Of a stretch of DNA of 64,000 nucleotides, positions 19,682-29,200 are shown in pieces. Made by a program: the position numbers and the translations under genes. The DNA is from Syntrophales bacterium. GTDB taxonomy: Bacteria > Desulfobacterota > Syntrophia > Syntrophales > UBA8958. Every line of letters starts with the position of its first letter. Position 1 is the first letter of the stretch. The notes under the pieces were generated by a model. That model ran no database searches and had not been told where the DNA came from. It saw only the letters and a list, made by a program, of their open reading frames with translations. The stretch covers positions 19,658 through 83,657 of the forward strand of contig JAOACW010000007.1 of NCBI GenBank assembly GCA_026417625.1, given 5' to 3'.

Positions 19682-19772
19682 ATGGATTGAAGTTAATTAG
19701 AGGAAGGAGGGATGAACAAGTAACGAATCAAAAACTAACGTTTAACCAGTTAATCTAATTCTTTAAAACTAG

Positions 19773-19798
19773 CAAGGAAGCAAAAAAATCAAGGAGGA
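19773..19798 (+). promoter_or_regulatory. twin CAAGGA elements (candidate CsrA binding sites), the second overlapping the SD
   Basis: CAAGGAAG at 19773-19780 and CAAGGAGGA at 19790-19798. The GGA cores are 17-20 nt apart. csrA and fliW are encoded nearby. Confidence 0.5.
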
Positions 19799-19805
19799 TT
19801 GAATT

Positions 19806-20627
19806 ATGGGTTTCAGAATTCAAAACAACATAGCAGCGTTAAACACACAGCGTAATCTTGGCATTTCAGAATCGAACCTAAATAAATCTCTTGAAAAACT
19901 ATCATCGGGTTACAGGATAAACTCCGCGAAGGATGATGCCGCTGGATTGGCTATTTCTCTGAATTTCCAATCCGATATTGCCTCGATTAAGGTGGCACAG
20001 AGAAATATTTCAGAGGCCAATGCTCTGCTCCAGGTAGCGGAAGGTGCCATGAACAGCATCGGTGATATCCTTGTGCGTCTCAAAGAGCTCGCTACACAAG
20101 CTGCTTCCAAGAATGTAGGAACGGATATAGATAAGCTTTCACAAGAATATGCTACTCTGGTTCAAGAAATTGATCGTATTGCTGATTCGACAAAGTACGC
20201 TGGTGTAGCTCTCACAGATGGCAGTTTCGACAAGAAAGCGTTCCAGATTGGCTATGAAAAGGATACAAATGCCCAGCTTGAAATCTCCATCGATTCTGTG
20301 AAATCTTCAAAACTTGGAGTGGCAACAGGCGATATAAGCACGCAAAGCAACGCGTATAACGCTCTGTCTAAAATTGATAATGCCATCTCCACACTTGCTG
20401 CAAGTCGGTCCGAGATCGGTGCCTACCAGAATCGGCTAACACACGCTGCCAGCAACCTTGCAATTACGCTTGAGAACTTCACAGCAGCAGAATCCACAAT
20501 AAGAGATGTGGATATGGCAGCGGAGATGACGAACTTCACCAAAAACCAGATCCTTGTTCAGGCGGGTATGTCCATGCTTGCGCAGGCAAATATGGTACCG
20601 CAGTTGGTACTGTCGCTATTCAGGTGA
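19806..20627 (+). CDS. fliC: flagellin, minimal 273-aa form (D0/D1 only)
   Basis: N-terminus RIQNNIAALNTQRNL...GYRINSAKDDAAGLAIS and C-terminus QILVQAGMSMLAQANMVPQLVLSLF. Confidence 0.95.
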   Translation: MGFRIQNNIAALNTQRNLGISESNLNKSLEKLSSGYRINSAKDDAAGLAISLNFQSDIASIKVAQRNISEANALLQVAEGAMNSIGDILVRLKELATQAASKNVGTDIDKLSQEYATLVQEIDRIADSTKYAGVALTDGSFDKKAFQIGYEKDTNAQLEISIDSVKSSKLGVATGDISTQSNAYNALSKIDNAISTLAASRSEIGAYQNRLTHAASNLAITLENFTAAESTIRDVDMAAEMTNFTKNQILVQAGMSMLAQANMVPQLVLSLFR

Positions 20628-20647
20628 CAACTCGATGAATTCTACCC

Positions 20648-20679
20648 AAAAGGCCCCACAGTTTATTGTGGGGCCTTTT
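20648..20679 (+). terminator. rho-independent terminator after fliC
   Basis: A 12-bp perfect stem (AAAAGGCCCCAC / GTGGGGCCTTTT) with an 8-nt loop. Confidence 0.8.
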
Positions 20680-20711
20680 GGTAAGGGAATTGCAGTTATT
20701 ATTTTGTCAGG

Positions 20712-20739
20712 TAAAAAAATGGGCAAAAATTGCCGATAT
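20712..20739 (+). promoter_or_regulatory. sigma28 promoter of fliD-fliS, TAAAAAAA-N12-GCCGATAT
   Basis: TAAAAAAA TGGGCAAAAATT GCCGATAT, located 32 nt upstream of the fliD ATG. Confidence 0.7.
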
Positions 20740-20770
20740 ATTAATTAAAAGCAAGATACCGAGGTCCTAA

Positions 20771-23434
20771 ATGGCTACGGGTACAAATTTTATAAGTGGA
20801 TTATCAACGGGACTTGACTGGGAAAAAATCGTAAATCAGATAATCGCCATTGAACACAAGAGGATCGATCTCATAACTAATAAAAAAAATGAATACTCCG
20901 AAAAACTCTCGGAGTGGAACTCTTTAAATACAAAACTTCTAGCATTTAAAAATTCGCTAAATAATCTAAAGAAAAGTGAGAACTTTAACCTCTTCAAAAC
21001 TACACTGGCGACGGATAACCAGAACGTCAAAGCTCCAGATCTTCTTACAGTTTCCACCAGCACAAATGCTTCCATTGGATCATACACGTTAAAAATAAAC
21101 AGTCTCGCCACAGCACAAAAGCTATCGTCGGATACTTTCTCCAGTATAGACACGCCATTTGGGAATGGCTACGAAGGAGATATCATCGTTAACGGCAGAG
21201 TCTTAAACATAACTCCATCAGACACCCTCCGTTCCCTGTGTAATAAGATAAACAGTGCAAACAGTGGTGAAAACCCCATCGGAGTCACAGCTTCTATAAT
21301 AAGTTCCAATCCGGGTGAGTATAAACTCATCCTTACAAGCGACAAAACCGGATCCGAGGGTATAAAACTCGCCAACGGCGGGAATTTGGATATTTTGAAC
21401 AAACTTGGATTTACTGACACTTCACGGGTCGCAAAAAATACTATCTCAGGCGGTGTTCTTAGTGATCGTTTTTTGAGTACCACAGAAACATTTCATTTAC
21501 TTTTGGGGTTGAATAATCCTCAGATGGCAGCTGAAGGAGAAATTGTCATAAACGGTATCCCCATTGGATCTTTAGATCTCGCGACTGACACTCTCCTGTC
21601 ACTGGAGACAAAATTAAAAAACGCTGGACTCAGAGTTTCCATCATCTCAGAGACAGAGGACAGCAAAACGTACTACAGGCTTTTAATCGAAGGAGCTACT
21701 TTTTCATTCACAGACAAAAATAACATTCTTGAAACACTTGGGTTCATTAGAGCGGGTTATTCTGACGTGTATGGACTTATAGGGGATATGGGCAACACAT
21801 CAAAAGGATCCCCCATTACACCAAACACTTTGATAAAGGACATAGATGGTTACATTGGATTTTCTCCCACAGATTACATACACCTCGAGGGATTTGATAC
21901 TGATGGAAACGCCGTTAGCGATACCCTTACTATATCAGAAAACACAACTATTGCTGATCTCCTTGACAAAATAGAATCCACATTTGGAAATGTCACAGCT
22001 TCTATAACATATGACGGTAAACTGAAAATCGTGGATAACACAACAGGTGAAAGTCCTTTGAGCCTCAAAATATACGTCAGAAACCAAAATGGGCAAATTG
22101 ATGAAACTCTGAAATTTGACAGCGATTACGACATGGGAACAGCCACTGCAGTAAGAAAAAGGGAAATCACAGCAGGAACAGACGCCTCCATAACCATTGA
22201 TGGAATAAATGTATCGAGAAAAAACAATAACATTGACGATCTTATCCCCGGTTTAACATTAAACCTCTTAAAAGCAGACAGAAACACTAATATTACTATT
22301 AATGTGACAAGAGACATTGATACTATTTTGGGTTATATACGTAACTTTGTTGACAGTTATAATAGCGTATCCTCCTATATTCGCCAACAAACCTCGTACA
22401 ACAGCACTAACAACAAAGCAGGCGGAGTCCTCTTCGGAGATGGAACACTCCACCGTGTGAAAGCAGACCTTGCTTCCATTCTAGTTCAGAGTATATCGGG
22501 AGTAAACAAACATCTTTCTTCCCTCGGTTTGATCGGTGTCAGTGTGGACAGATACGGTCAACTTTCCATAGACGAGAATAAACTAAGAAGTTTGCTGAAT
22601 AGCAATTTCATGGACGTAATGAAGGTTTTTGCAGTATCCGCAACAACATCTTCGTCAATGATTACGTACATATCACACGGGACACACACAAAACCAGGTA
22701 CATACGACGTTTACATTACGAAAGCTGCAACACGAAGTACATCCAATCCTTCTGATGCCACTGAACTGTCCGGAGATGAAACATTAACCATCACTTCGCT
22801 AGGATCGGTTGCAGTAATTGAATTAACACAAGGAATGACAATGGACCAAATAGTTAATGCCATAAACAGCGAGGTGACTGATCTCGGGCTCACAGCCTAT
22901 CTCGACACAAAGGGTCACCTAGTTATAAGAAGCAACCACTATGGTTCTGGTCACTCTTTTACCATCCACCAGAAAAACAATCTGTTATGGTACAGCGGCG
23001 ATCAGGTAGTAGATAATGGAGAGGATGTGGAGGGCACGATAAACGGGGAATTGGCCACAGGCACAGGACAGCTACTCAGAGGAACAGCCGGTAAACCAAA
23101 CATAGACGGTCTTGTAATAAAGTACACCGGTACTCAGACAGGCCATGTGGGAACGTTAACTCTTACCATTGGTGTGGCCGAACTTTTCGACAGGGTTCTC
23201 TACAACATGACAGATTCTACCAATGGATACGTAACCACAAAAAAACAATCTCTAGAGAATTCAATAAAGGACTACGAAGATCAAATTAATGATATGGAAA
23301 AACTTCTCGACAAACGCAAGGATCAACTTTTGCGAGATTTCCAAAAAATGGAAGCGGCCATACAAAAACTCAAATACCAGAGTGACTGGCTCACTGGACA
23401 GTTAGAAACAATCAAGAAATCTTGGAATTTGTAA
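20771..23434 (+). CDS. fliD: flagellar filament cap protein FliD (887 aa, unusually long)
   Basis: N-terminus ISGLSTGLDWEKIVNQIIAIE, central ITIDGINVSRKNNNIDDLIPGLTLNL, and a C-terminal coiled coil ...MEAAIQKLKYQSDWLTGQL. Confidence 0.9.
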   Translation: MATGTNFISGLSTGLDWEKIVNQIIAIEHKRIDLITNKKNEYSEKLSEWNSLNTKLLAFKNSLNNLKKSENFNLFKTTLATDNQNVKAPDLLTVSTSTNASIGSYTLKINSLATAQKLSSDTFSSIDTPFGNGYEGDIIVNGRVLNITPSDTLRSLCNKINSANSGENPIGVTASIISSNPGEYKLILTSDKTGSEGIKLANGGNLDILNKLGFTDTSRVAKNTISGGVLSDRFLSTTETFHLLLGLNNPQMAAEGEIVINGIPIGSLDLATDTLLSLETKLKNAGLRVSIISETEDSKTYYRLLIEGATFSFTDKNNILETLGFIRAGYSDVYGLIGDMGNTSKGSPITPNTLIKDIDGYIGFSPTDYIHLEGFDTDGNAVSDTLTISENTTIADLLDKIESTFGNVTASITYDGKLKIVDNTTGESPLSLKIYVRNQNGQIDETLKFDSDYDMGTATAVRKREITAGTDASITIDGINVSRKNNNIDDLIPGLTLNLLKADRNTNITINVTRDIDTILGYIRNFVDSYNSVSSYIRQQTSYNSTNNKAGGVLFGDGTLHRVKADLASILVQSISGVNKHLSSLGLIGVSVDRYGQLSIDENKLRSLLNSNFMDVMKVFAVSATTSSSMITYISHGTHTKPGTYDVYITKAATRSTSNPSDATELSGDETLTITSLGSVAVIELTQGMTMDQIVNAINSEVTDLGLTAYLDTKGHLVIRSNHYGSGHSFTIHQKNNLLWYSGDQVVDNGEDVEGTINGELATGTGQLLRGTAGKPNIDGLVIKYTGTQTGHVGTLTLTIGVAELFDRVLYNMTDSTNGYVTTKKQSLENSIKDYEDQINDMEKLLDKRKDQLLRDFQKMEAAIQKLKYQSDWLTGQLETIKKSWNL

Positions 23435-23465
23435 ATAAAACAAGGATCCATGGAGGATTTAAACT

Positions 23466-23927
23466 ATGTACAGAGAGGCTTTTAAATCTTACGAAAAAGC
23501 TAAACAAACCACCACCGATCCCTTAAGGTTGGTGGTAATGTGCTATAGTGCTGCTATAGAGAACTTAAAAGAAGCAAAAGTGGCCTATGAAGCAGGTAAC
23601 TATATTAAGAAGGCTCAAGCTTTACAAAAAACATTGGACATTATCTATTTGCTCGACAGTGCATTAGATATGAAAAGCGGGGGTCATATAGCTGCTAACC
23701 TGCGAAGTCTTTACCATTTCATCATAAAAACACTCGTCAATGCTGATCTTAAAAAGGATATTGCTATGATTGAAAGAGTTATCTCTATATTATCTGATCT
23801 GGAATCGGCATGGATTGCCATTGAAAATAACAAAAGCACAGCAAAAGAGGCACATCCCAGTAGCGAAGAGCTCAAAATAGATTCAAAAGCCCTTCAAAGT
23901 ACGCTCTTACATGCATGGAGCGCATAA
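23466..23927 (+). CDS. fliS: flagellin export chaperone FliS
   Basis: LVVMCYSAAIENLKEA...KAQALQKTLDIIYLLDSALDMKSGGHIAANLRSLYHF. Confidence 0.9.
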   Translation: MYREAFKSYEKAKQTTTDPLRLVVMCYSAAIENLKEAKVAYEAGNYIKKAQALQKTLDIIYLLDSALDMKSGGHIAANLRSLYHFIIKTLVNADLKKDIAMIERVISILSDLESAWIAIENNKSTAKEAHPSSEELKIDSKALQSTLLHAWSA

Positions 23928-23933
23928 ATTAAA

Positions 23934-24353
23934 ATGAACCAGATTAAAGCCTTGGAGCTACTCGAAAGAAAGCTCAAAATTTATAATCTTTTATACCTCA
24001 CCATGCAAAATCTCCATATCTTTTTGAAGAACAAAAACCCCCAAAAAGTTAATGAATGTATAATGAAATGTGAAAAACTAATGGAACTCATAAATTCCAT
24101 TGACAAAAAACAGGATAAGTATCGAGAATTCGAGATCTTGCAAATCAAGAAAGAAACAGCAAATTTACTGGCTAAAATGAAAGCGATATTACAGCAAATA
24201 ATTCATGAAAAAGAAAAGTGCATCGAATTCATGAACGACTACCTGAGAACCTTGAACTTAGAAGCTGTAGAGATTACTAAGAAAAAAGAATTACTAAAAA
24301 AATTGAAGAATGAAGAAAAATTAACTCCCCTCTATTTAGATGTCAAACTTTAG
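23934..24353 (+). CDS. hypothetical helical protein in the FliT position
   Basis: Assigned on position (after fliS) and lysine/glutamate-rich helical composition only. Confidence 0.35.
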   Translation: MNQIKALELLERKLKIYNLLYLTMQNLHIFLKNKNPQKVNECIMKCEKLMELINSIDKKQDKYREFEILQIKKETANLLAKMKAILQQIIHEKEKCIEFMNDYLRTLNLEAVEITKKKELLKKLKNEEKLTPLYLDVKL

Positions 24354-24380
24354 TCTATATTGAATCTAGTGCATTAAATC

Positions 24381-24408
24381 TCAAGTTTATTTTCTGAGCT
24401 GCCGATTT
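24381..24408 (+). promoter_or_regulatory. sigma28 promoter of flaG, TCAAGTTT-N12-GCCGATTT
   Basis: TCAAGTTT ATTTTCTGAGCT GCCGATTT, located 38 nt upstream of the flaG start. Confidence 0.65.
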
Positions 24409-24445
24409 ATATGATGCAAGGATATGGTAAGGAGGTGACCATCAC

Positions 24446-24787
24446 TTGAAGGTAGAACCTGCAGATTTAATATCTACGTTTATGTTGGGCAAAGAAACGC
24501 TTACTCTCACAACCTCAGGTAAGGAAAACAACACCAGCCAACATGGAATGACAAGCGCTTCCAAAAACGAAATCTCCCGACTCGTAGAAAAAATGCAAAC
24601 TTATCTTCAAAACATGAACATATCCATAAATTTCACAACATATGGAGAGAAAAACGAAAGAATAGCGATCCTTGTTGTAGAAAAGGAAACGGGGAAAGTG
24701 ATCCGCGAAATACCCCCAGAAGAACTCCAGAGACTCTACCAAAGGATGTGTGAACTCTCAGGCCTCCTGTATAACGGTAAAATTTGA
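24446..24787 (+). CDS. flaG: FlaG-family flagellar protein (TTG start)
   Basis: LVVEKETGKVIREIPPEELQRLYQRM is the FlaG signature. SD TAAGGAGGTGA lies 7 nt upstream of the TTG. Confidence 0.8.
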   Translation: MKVEPADLISTFMLGKETLTLTTSGKENNTSQHGMTSASKNEISRLVEKMQTYLQNMNISINFTTYGEKNERIAILVVEKETGKVIREIPPEELQRLYQRMCELSGLLYNGKI

Positions 24788-24790
24788 AAG

Positions 24791-25300
24791 TCACCCTGCA
24801 ATGTAACCAGCATGAACAATCCTCTCCATGATTGTGTCTTCTATCAGATGATTTGAACTTAAAATTTCGTCTTTATGATCAATAAGGTCATATTGAACAG
24901 GGTAATCTTCTTCTTCTATTATCAATTGAGCTCCAAAACGTTTTGATACGTTTATTACAAGGGGAGCCTTAAGATTCGCCGTAATTCGCAAGGGATTCAA
25001 TCGAACCGTTACAATGGAGAACAGTGCCACATCTTCAATTTTTTCTATCTGCAGAAATTCCAAATCGGTTTCCTTCAGAAATGGGTCATAAGTCCTTTTG
25101 ATAATCTGAGGATTGACAACAACAAAGGCTAAAGCCGCATTATCGATAGATTGCAACCACATAAATGGTGCATCCTTCTCGTGAGACTTTAATAGGATAA
25201 AACGCCTCCACTTTTCAAATCCCAGTATGGGACCCTTAAAAAAAATTATCTTATCCTCTTCAATTTCTATACTTCCGAAACGGGTAGTTAAAACATTCAC
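24791..25300 (-). CDS. fliW: flagellar assembly factor FliW (CsrA antagonist)
   Basis: [24 protein letters not shown]...[19 protein letters not shown]. Confidence 0.9.
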   Translation of the reverse strand: MNVLTTRFGSIEIEEDKIIFFKGPILGFEKWRRFILLKSHEKDAPFMWLQSIDNAALAFVVVNPQIIKRTYDPFLKETDLEFLQIEKIEDVALFSIVTVRLNPLRITANLKAPLVINVSKRFGAQLIIEEEDYPVQYDLIDHKDEILSSNHLIEDTIMERIVHAGYIAG

Positions 25301-25533
25301 TTTACTTCCCCCTTCTCAATTTTTCCCACTATATCGGCAAGTGACATAACTGTAAGTGCGGCTGCTTCATTCTGTTCTTGAATCATTCTATATATCTCCT
25401 CCCTATAAACGGGTACGTTCTTTGGTGCTTTTATCCCCAACCGCACTGCGCTTCCTCTTATTTCCAAAACCGTAACTTGTATACTGTCACCTATATTTAC
25501 TTTCTCACCAGTTTTCCTCGTTAGGACGAGCAT
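25297..25533 (-). CDS. csrA: carbon storage regulator CsrA (long C-terminal, FliW-binding type)
   Basis: [48 protein letters not shown]. Start taken at the MLVLTRK methionine. Confidence 0.9.
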   Translation of the reverse strand: MLVLTRKTGEKVNIGDSIQVTVLEIRGSAVRLGIKAPKNVPVYREEIYRMIQEQNEAAALTVMSLADIVGKIEKGEVK

Positions 25534-25559
25534 AAAACTTACTTCCCCTGGAAGCCATT

Positions 25560-26756
25560 TCACTCAAGATACGGCATAATGTTTATCTCCTGTATACGCG
25601 AGGCCGCATAGTAACATGCCTTAAGCGCCAATTCTTTCATAGACAATTGAGTGGCCAGCTGAACCACATCGGCATCTTGAATATCGCTAATCATCTTACT
25701 GACTTCCAACCTGATCTGATCAAGGCTGCTCTTTGCAATCTCCAATCTATTCATCTTGGCCCCACAGCTCGCAATGGCAATGTTGACTTGATTCTGCGCG
25801 GCTCCCAGATCTGGAAGTAGTTCTGAAAGCCGTTTTTCATCGTTTTCCTCAAGAGCTGTCTTAATATCTGCCAAAAGCTTGAAAACTTCTACTTTACCCC
25901 CGCCCTGTTTGGTAAAAACCTCTGCTCCAGAAATACTGTAACTGAATTTGGCATTTTTACTCACAGCTATACACTGTTCTTCTAGATCACCTCGGAAATT
26001 ACCAGGTGCATACGCACGTACATAAAACGTATCTCCTTCTGCGAACTCTCCTGGTTCAAAAATGAGAACCAATCCTTCCCCAAGATCAATTCCATCACTC
26101 AATTCACCAGGTGCGCTCTCTTCGGACCACGTCTTTCCACCATCGGTGGATAGCTTATACGTTGCTTCTTCCTCATTACCACCGTGGACAATCCTTACAA
26201 CTATCGTTCTATTTTTTACACCCGTAAAAGCACCTGTTACCGATAGGCTTCCGGTGTATTTATTATCCTTTGCCCCAACAGGAGTATCTACATAAGCTTC
26301 ACTCCAACCCCCTACAAAAGGGACAGTGTCATCCCGGGAACCACCAAATATATACCTATCCCCCAACTTCGCATTTGCCAGGGACAATATTTCCCCATAT
26401 ACCTCTTGAATCTCTTGAGCAGCAATTCTTCTGCTAGTGCTGTTCGCTGTGGCCGAAACTTGAGACATAACAATCTCTGACACCCGGGTTAATAGGTCAC
26501 TTATGCTTGAAAGCTTTGACTCTGTCTCTTTTAACCATGTATTAGCATTATTGATACTCCGCGAGTACATATCGACGTCATTTTCAGTTTGTTTCAAATC
26601 AAGCAACTGAGAAGCCCCGAGAGGGTTATCAGAAATTTTGTTAATCTCTTTGAGACTTGAAAGCTTAGCCATAACATTATTGTATCTTTCGTTTGCGTAA
26701 AAAATATTGTCTAAAATCGTGAAGTATTTCATGCTATCCGTAACACGAAGTGCCAT
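25560..26756 (-). CDS. flgL: hook-filament junction protein FlgL (HAP3)
   Basis: Flagellin-like N- and C-termini (MALRVTDSM..., ...[14 protein letters not shown]) and its position after flgK. Confidence 0.85.
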   Translation of the reverse strand: MALRVTDSMKYFTILDNIFYANERYNNVMAKLSSLKEINKISDNPLGASQLLDLKQTENDVDMYSRSINNANTWLKETESKLSSISDLLTRVSEIVMSQVSATANSTSRRIAAQEIQEVYGEILSLANAKLGDRYIFGGSRDDTVPFVGGWSEAYVDTPVGAKDNKYTGSLSVTGAFTGVKNRTIVVRIVHGGNEEEATYKLSTDGGKTWSEESAPGELSDGIDLGEGLVLIFEPGEFAEGDTFYVRAYAPGNFRGDLEEQCIAVSKNAKFSYSISGAEVFTKQGGGKVEVFKLLADIKTALEENDEKRLSELLPDLGAAQNQVNIAIASCGAKMNRLEIAKSSLDQIRLEVSKMISDIQDADVVQLATQLSMKELALKACYYAASRIQEINIMPYLE

Positions 26757-26768
26757 ATGAACCTCCTC

Positions 26769-28172
26769 TTACTTAACAAGCTCCAGCAAATTTTCCATTA
26801 AATCATTTGCAGTTTGACAGAGTTTACCTGCCGCACGATAAGCCAGTTGAAATTTGACGAGATTTATCATCTCTTCATCAAGCGAAACACCGGCTATACT
26901 CTCTTTCTGTTGCTTCAACTGCTCATACACTGTTCTATGGTAATCCACACTACGTGCCGCCTGGCTTATATCCCTAGCTATCTCACCAATAAAAGACGCG
27001 TAGTAACTCCCAATCGTCTCTATTCCATTGCTCATTATAAGCTTATCCTTGAGAGCTGCAACTTCCCCCGCTTTTTCCCCATTACCGTTGACGGTAGAAG
27101 ATGCCACAATTTTACCTCGATCACCAACAATTTCAGGATTCAACATAATATCCCGTGCATAGGATTCAGAACCTGAGGTGCGAAGTACAAAGAAACAAAT
27201 ACCAGGATTTCCGTACTGGTCGTATCCACTTACGTGGATTTCATTTACGGATTTCATGAACCCCTTAACCATCTCATCCAGTTTGTCCCTATAATCCTCA
27301 AGTTTATCGTCCCTCACCATTATAAGTCCCCCCAATCTCCCCCGCTCACCACGCGTCAGAAAGGAATTCAAAACAGTTTGGTTGGCGTTACTCAAATACA
27401 CATCATGGAAGGTGGATGAACTGTTCTTAACCAACCTCAAGTCATAATTAGTTACACCATCCACAATTGCCTCACCATCTGGCAGGTAAATATTCAAGGC
27501 GTTGTTTTCATCGACAATATAGTGGCAATCCAAGAGTTCGCTCAGTTTCAGAAGAAGCTTTGAACGCTCGTCTAAAAGACGATTTGCCTCACCCGATTCG
27601 CCCGATATTTGCCCTATGCGTGTATTAAGATATGCGATCTCGGAGGTAAGATTATTTATTTCCGAGATCACATCTTTAATGGTGTTGTCAATACTTACCT
27701 GAATATTATAAATCTGATCGGCAAAAAAGTTAAACTGATCCGCAAGGCTTTGAGAGATGGCAATAATTGCATGCCGCTCGACCTGTCCTGTTGGATTAGA
27801 GGCTAAATCTGACCACGCCCTCCAGAATTCATTCAGAGCATCACTTAACTTACCACCTGAAACTTCATTGAACACCGTTTCGACTTTCTTCAATATATCG
27901 TTCCTCGCCTCACAGTAACCAAGTCGCTGAATCTGCTGAGCGCTTTGAAGTTCTGTAAAGCTATCAAACATCCGCTGGATCTTTGTAATCTCCACACTCA
28001 GCTGAGCTGAAGCAGCCCCAGCCTGAACATTTCCAGTTGCCGTAAACACAGGCACCTGACGGGAGTAACCCTCTGTGTTCACATTGGCTATATTTCCACC
28101 CGTAACATCAATGGCTAACTGATTGGCAAAAAGGGCATTTCTCGTTACGTTAAGTATTGTGCTTATTGACAT
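26769..28172 (-). CDS. flgK: hook-associated protein FlgK (HAP1)
   Basis: N-terminus NALFANQLAIDVTGGNIANVNTEGYSRQ and C-terminus SLDEEMINLVKFQLAYRAAGKL. Confidence 0.9.
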   Translation of the reverse strand: MSISTILNVTRNALFANQLAIDVTGGNIANVNTEGYSRQVPVFTATGNVQAGAASAQLSVEITKIQRMFDSFTELQSAQQIQRLGYCEARNDILKKVETVFNEVSGGKLSDALNEFWRAWSDLASNPTGQVERHAIIAISQSLADQFNFFADQIYNIQVSIDNTIKDVISEINNLTSEIAYLNTRIGQISGESGEANRLLDERSKLLLKLSELLDCHYIVDENNALNIYLPDGEAIVDGVTNYDLRLVKNSSSTFHDVYLSNANQTVLNSFLTRGERGRLGGLIMVRDDKLEDYRDKLDEMVKGFMKSVNEIHVSGYDQYGNPGICFFVLRTSGSESYARDIMLNPEIVGDRGKIVASSTVNGNGEKAGEVAALKDKLIMSNGIETIGSYYASFIGEIARDISQAARSVDYHRTVYEQLKQQKESIAGVSLDEEMINLVKFQLAYRAAGKLCQTANDLMENLLELVK

Positions 28173-28175
28173 CGC

Positions 28176-28664
28176 TCATCCTTCCCTATTGATCACACAA
28201 CCTGGCCGACTGTTAAGTATAACTTTGCCCCCCTTTGCATAAATTAAGTGGGGACTCATCAAATTCTGAAGGTACAAAAGCCAATCCCTGAGGTACGAAA
28301 TGGCAGATTCTATCAACTCTTTGTTGGCTAAATTCAGCGAATGAACTCTTGAACACTGATCTTTTAACTCCTTTATCAAGGAGAAAACCCTATCATCATT
28401 AACCAAGTCACTCTCAGATGAATCATGTAAACCCACGTTACGGGATGAACCACTCTTGTGAAATAACAACTTTAGTTCCCCTTTCCCCTCCCACAACAAC
28501 GCGATCTCACGCACAATTCTCTCTTTTTCTTTTATTACTGATATCATATCATCCAGAGAAGCCTTTATTATGGCCTTTCTTTCATTTACCAGGACTTCCT
28601 CAAGATTCCTGTAAAGTTCTAACGTAAGAATTAAAATCGTCTTTAAACTCTCTTTCTCACCCAT
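28176..28664 (-). CDS. flgN: FlgN-like export chaperone
   Basis: Positioned between flgM and flgK. Has an FlgN-like N-terminal helix (LELYRNLEEVLVNERKAIIKASLDDM). Confidence 0.6.
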   Translation of the reverse strand: MGEKESLKTILILTLELYRNLEEVLVNERKAIIKASLDDMISVIKEKERIVREIALLWEGKGELKLLFHKSGSSRNVGLHDSSESDLVNDDRVFSLIKELKDQCSRVHSLNLANKELIESAISYLRDWLLYLQNLMSPHLIYAKGGKVILNSRPGCVINREG

Positions 28665-28710
28665 GATAGATCTCGTAAAAATTTAAGTAACCTCGTTTTC
28701 TATTTAATTA

Positions 28711-28726
28711 AGCAATTAACATACCA
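28711..28726 (-). promoter_or_regulatory. sigma54 promoter of flgN-flgK-flgL-csrA-fliW, TGGTATGTTAATTGCT
   Basis: GG-N10-GC is exact, with TTGCT at -12. It lies 48 nt upstream of the flgN start. Confidence 0.65.
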
Positions 28727-28748
28727 TGTTAAATTCTTGTATTTTTCC

Positions 28749-28775
28749 AAAAAAAACGGCCTTATATAAGGCCGT
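28749..28775 (-). terminator. rho-independent terminator after flgM
   Basis: Palindrome ACGGCCTTATATAAGGCCGT, followed on the minus strand by a T run of about 7. Confidence 0.8.
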
Positions 28776-28820
28776 ATACATCTGCAGCTCGGAAAATTTT
28801 TCCTACCTTGGTCGGATAAC

Positions 28821-29132
28821 TCAGGCAAAAATGTCTATCAAATTCTCGCCCACTATTTTTCTCGCCAGATCTTCAGCAGGAACTTTGTATTCACCGCTCT
28901 CTATCTTCTCTCGCATTTTTTTGACCAAATCATCTCGCACTTCAGGTTGGGACTCTATTAACTTCTTCATCTCATTGAATTCTTTTGCCCTATCAGAAAG
29001 ACTAACTCTTTCTTCAGGCAAAGGGTAGGCACCGACTTGCTCTTTTTTCTCGGAGGCACCTGCTACTGATTCGTTTTTGTGATACCTCTGTACTGCATCA
29101 GGTACAATCTCTTTATAGTCTCCTATCTTCAT
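28821..29132 (-). CDS. flgM: anti-sigma28 factor FlgM
   Basis: ERVSLSDRAKEF...VRDDLVKKMREKIESGEYKVPAEDLARKIV. It has its own sigma28 promoter and terminator. Confidence 0.8.
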   Translation of the reverse strand: MKIGDYKEIVPDAVQRYHKNESVAGASEKKEQVGAYPLPEERVSLSDRAKEFNEMKKLIESQPEVRDDLVKKMREKIESGEYKVPAEDLARKIVGENLIDIFA

Positions 29133-29172
29133 GGCCGTACCTTCAATGACCTTGTTATTGTTCTTAACACAA

Positions 29173-29200
29173 TTATCGGTTAATCCAAAAGAAAACTTTA
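29173..29200 (-). promoter_or_regulatory. sigma28 promoter of flgM, TAAAGTTT-N12-ACCGATAA
   Basis: Read on the minus strand as TAAAGTTT TCTTTTGGATTA ACCGATAA. It overlaps the flgJ stop codon. Confidence 0.75.

Noticed and set aside
19712-19723. The ATG-AAC-AAG-TAA mini-ORF in the fliC leader, considered as a genuine coding gene.
   Set aside because: Three codons is too short to call a gene. I kept it only as part of the leader and CsrA-site observation.
20554-20748. 64-aa ORF spanning the fliC 3' end and the fliC-fliD spacer.
   Set aside because: It reads straight through the fliC terminator hairpin and the fliD sigma28 promoter, so it is an artefact of the open frame.
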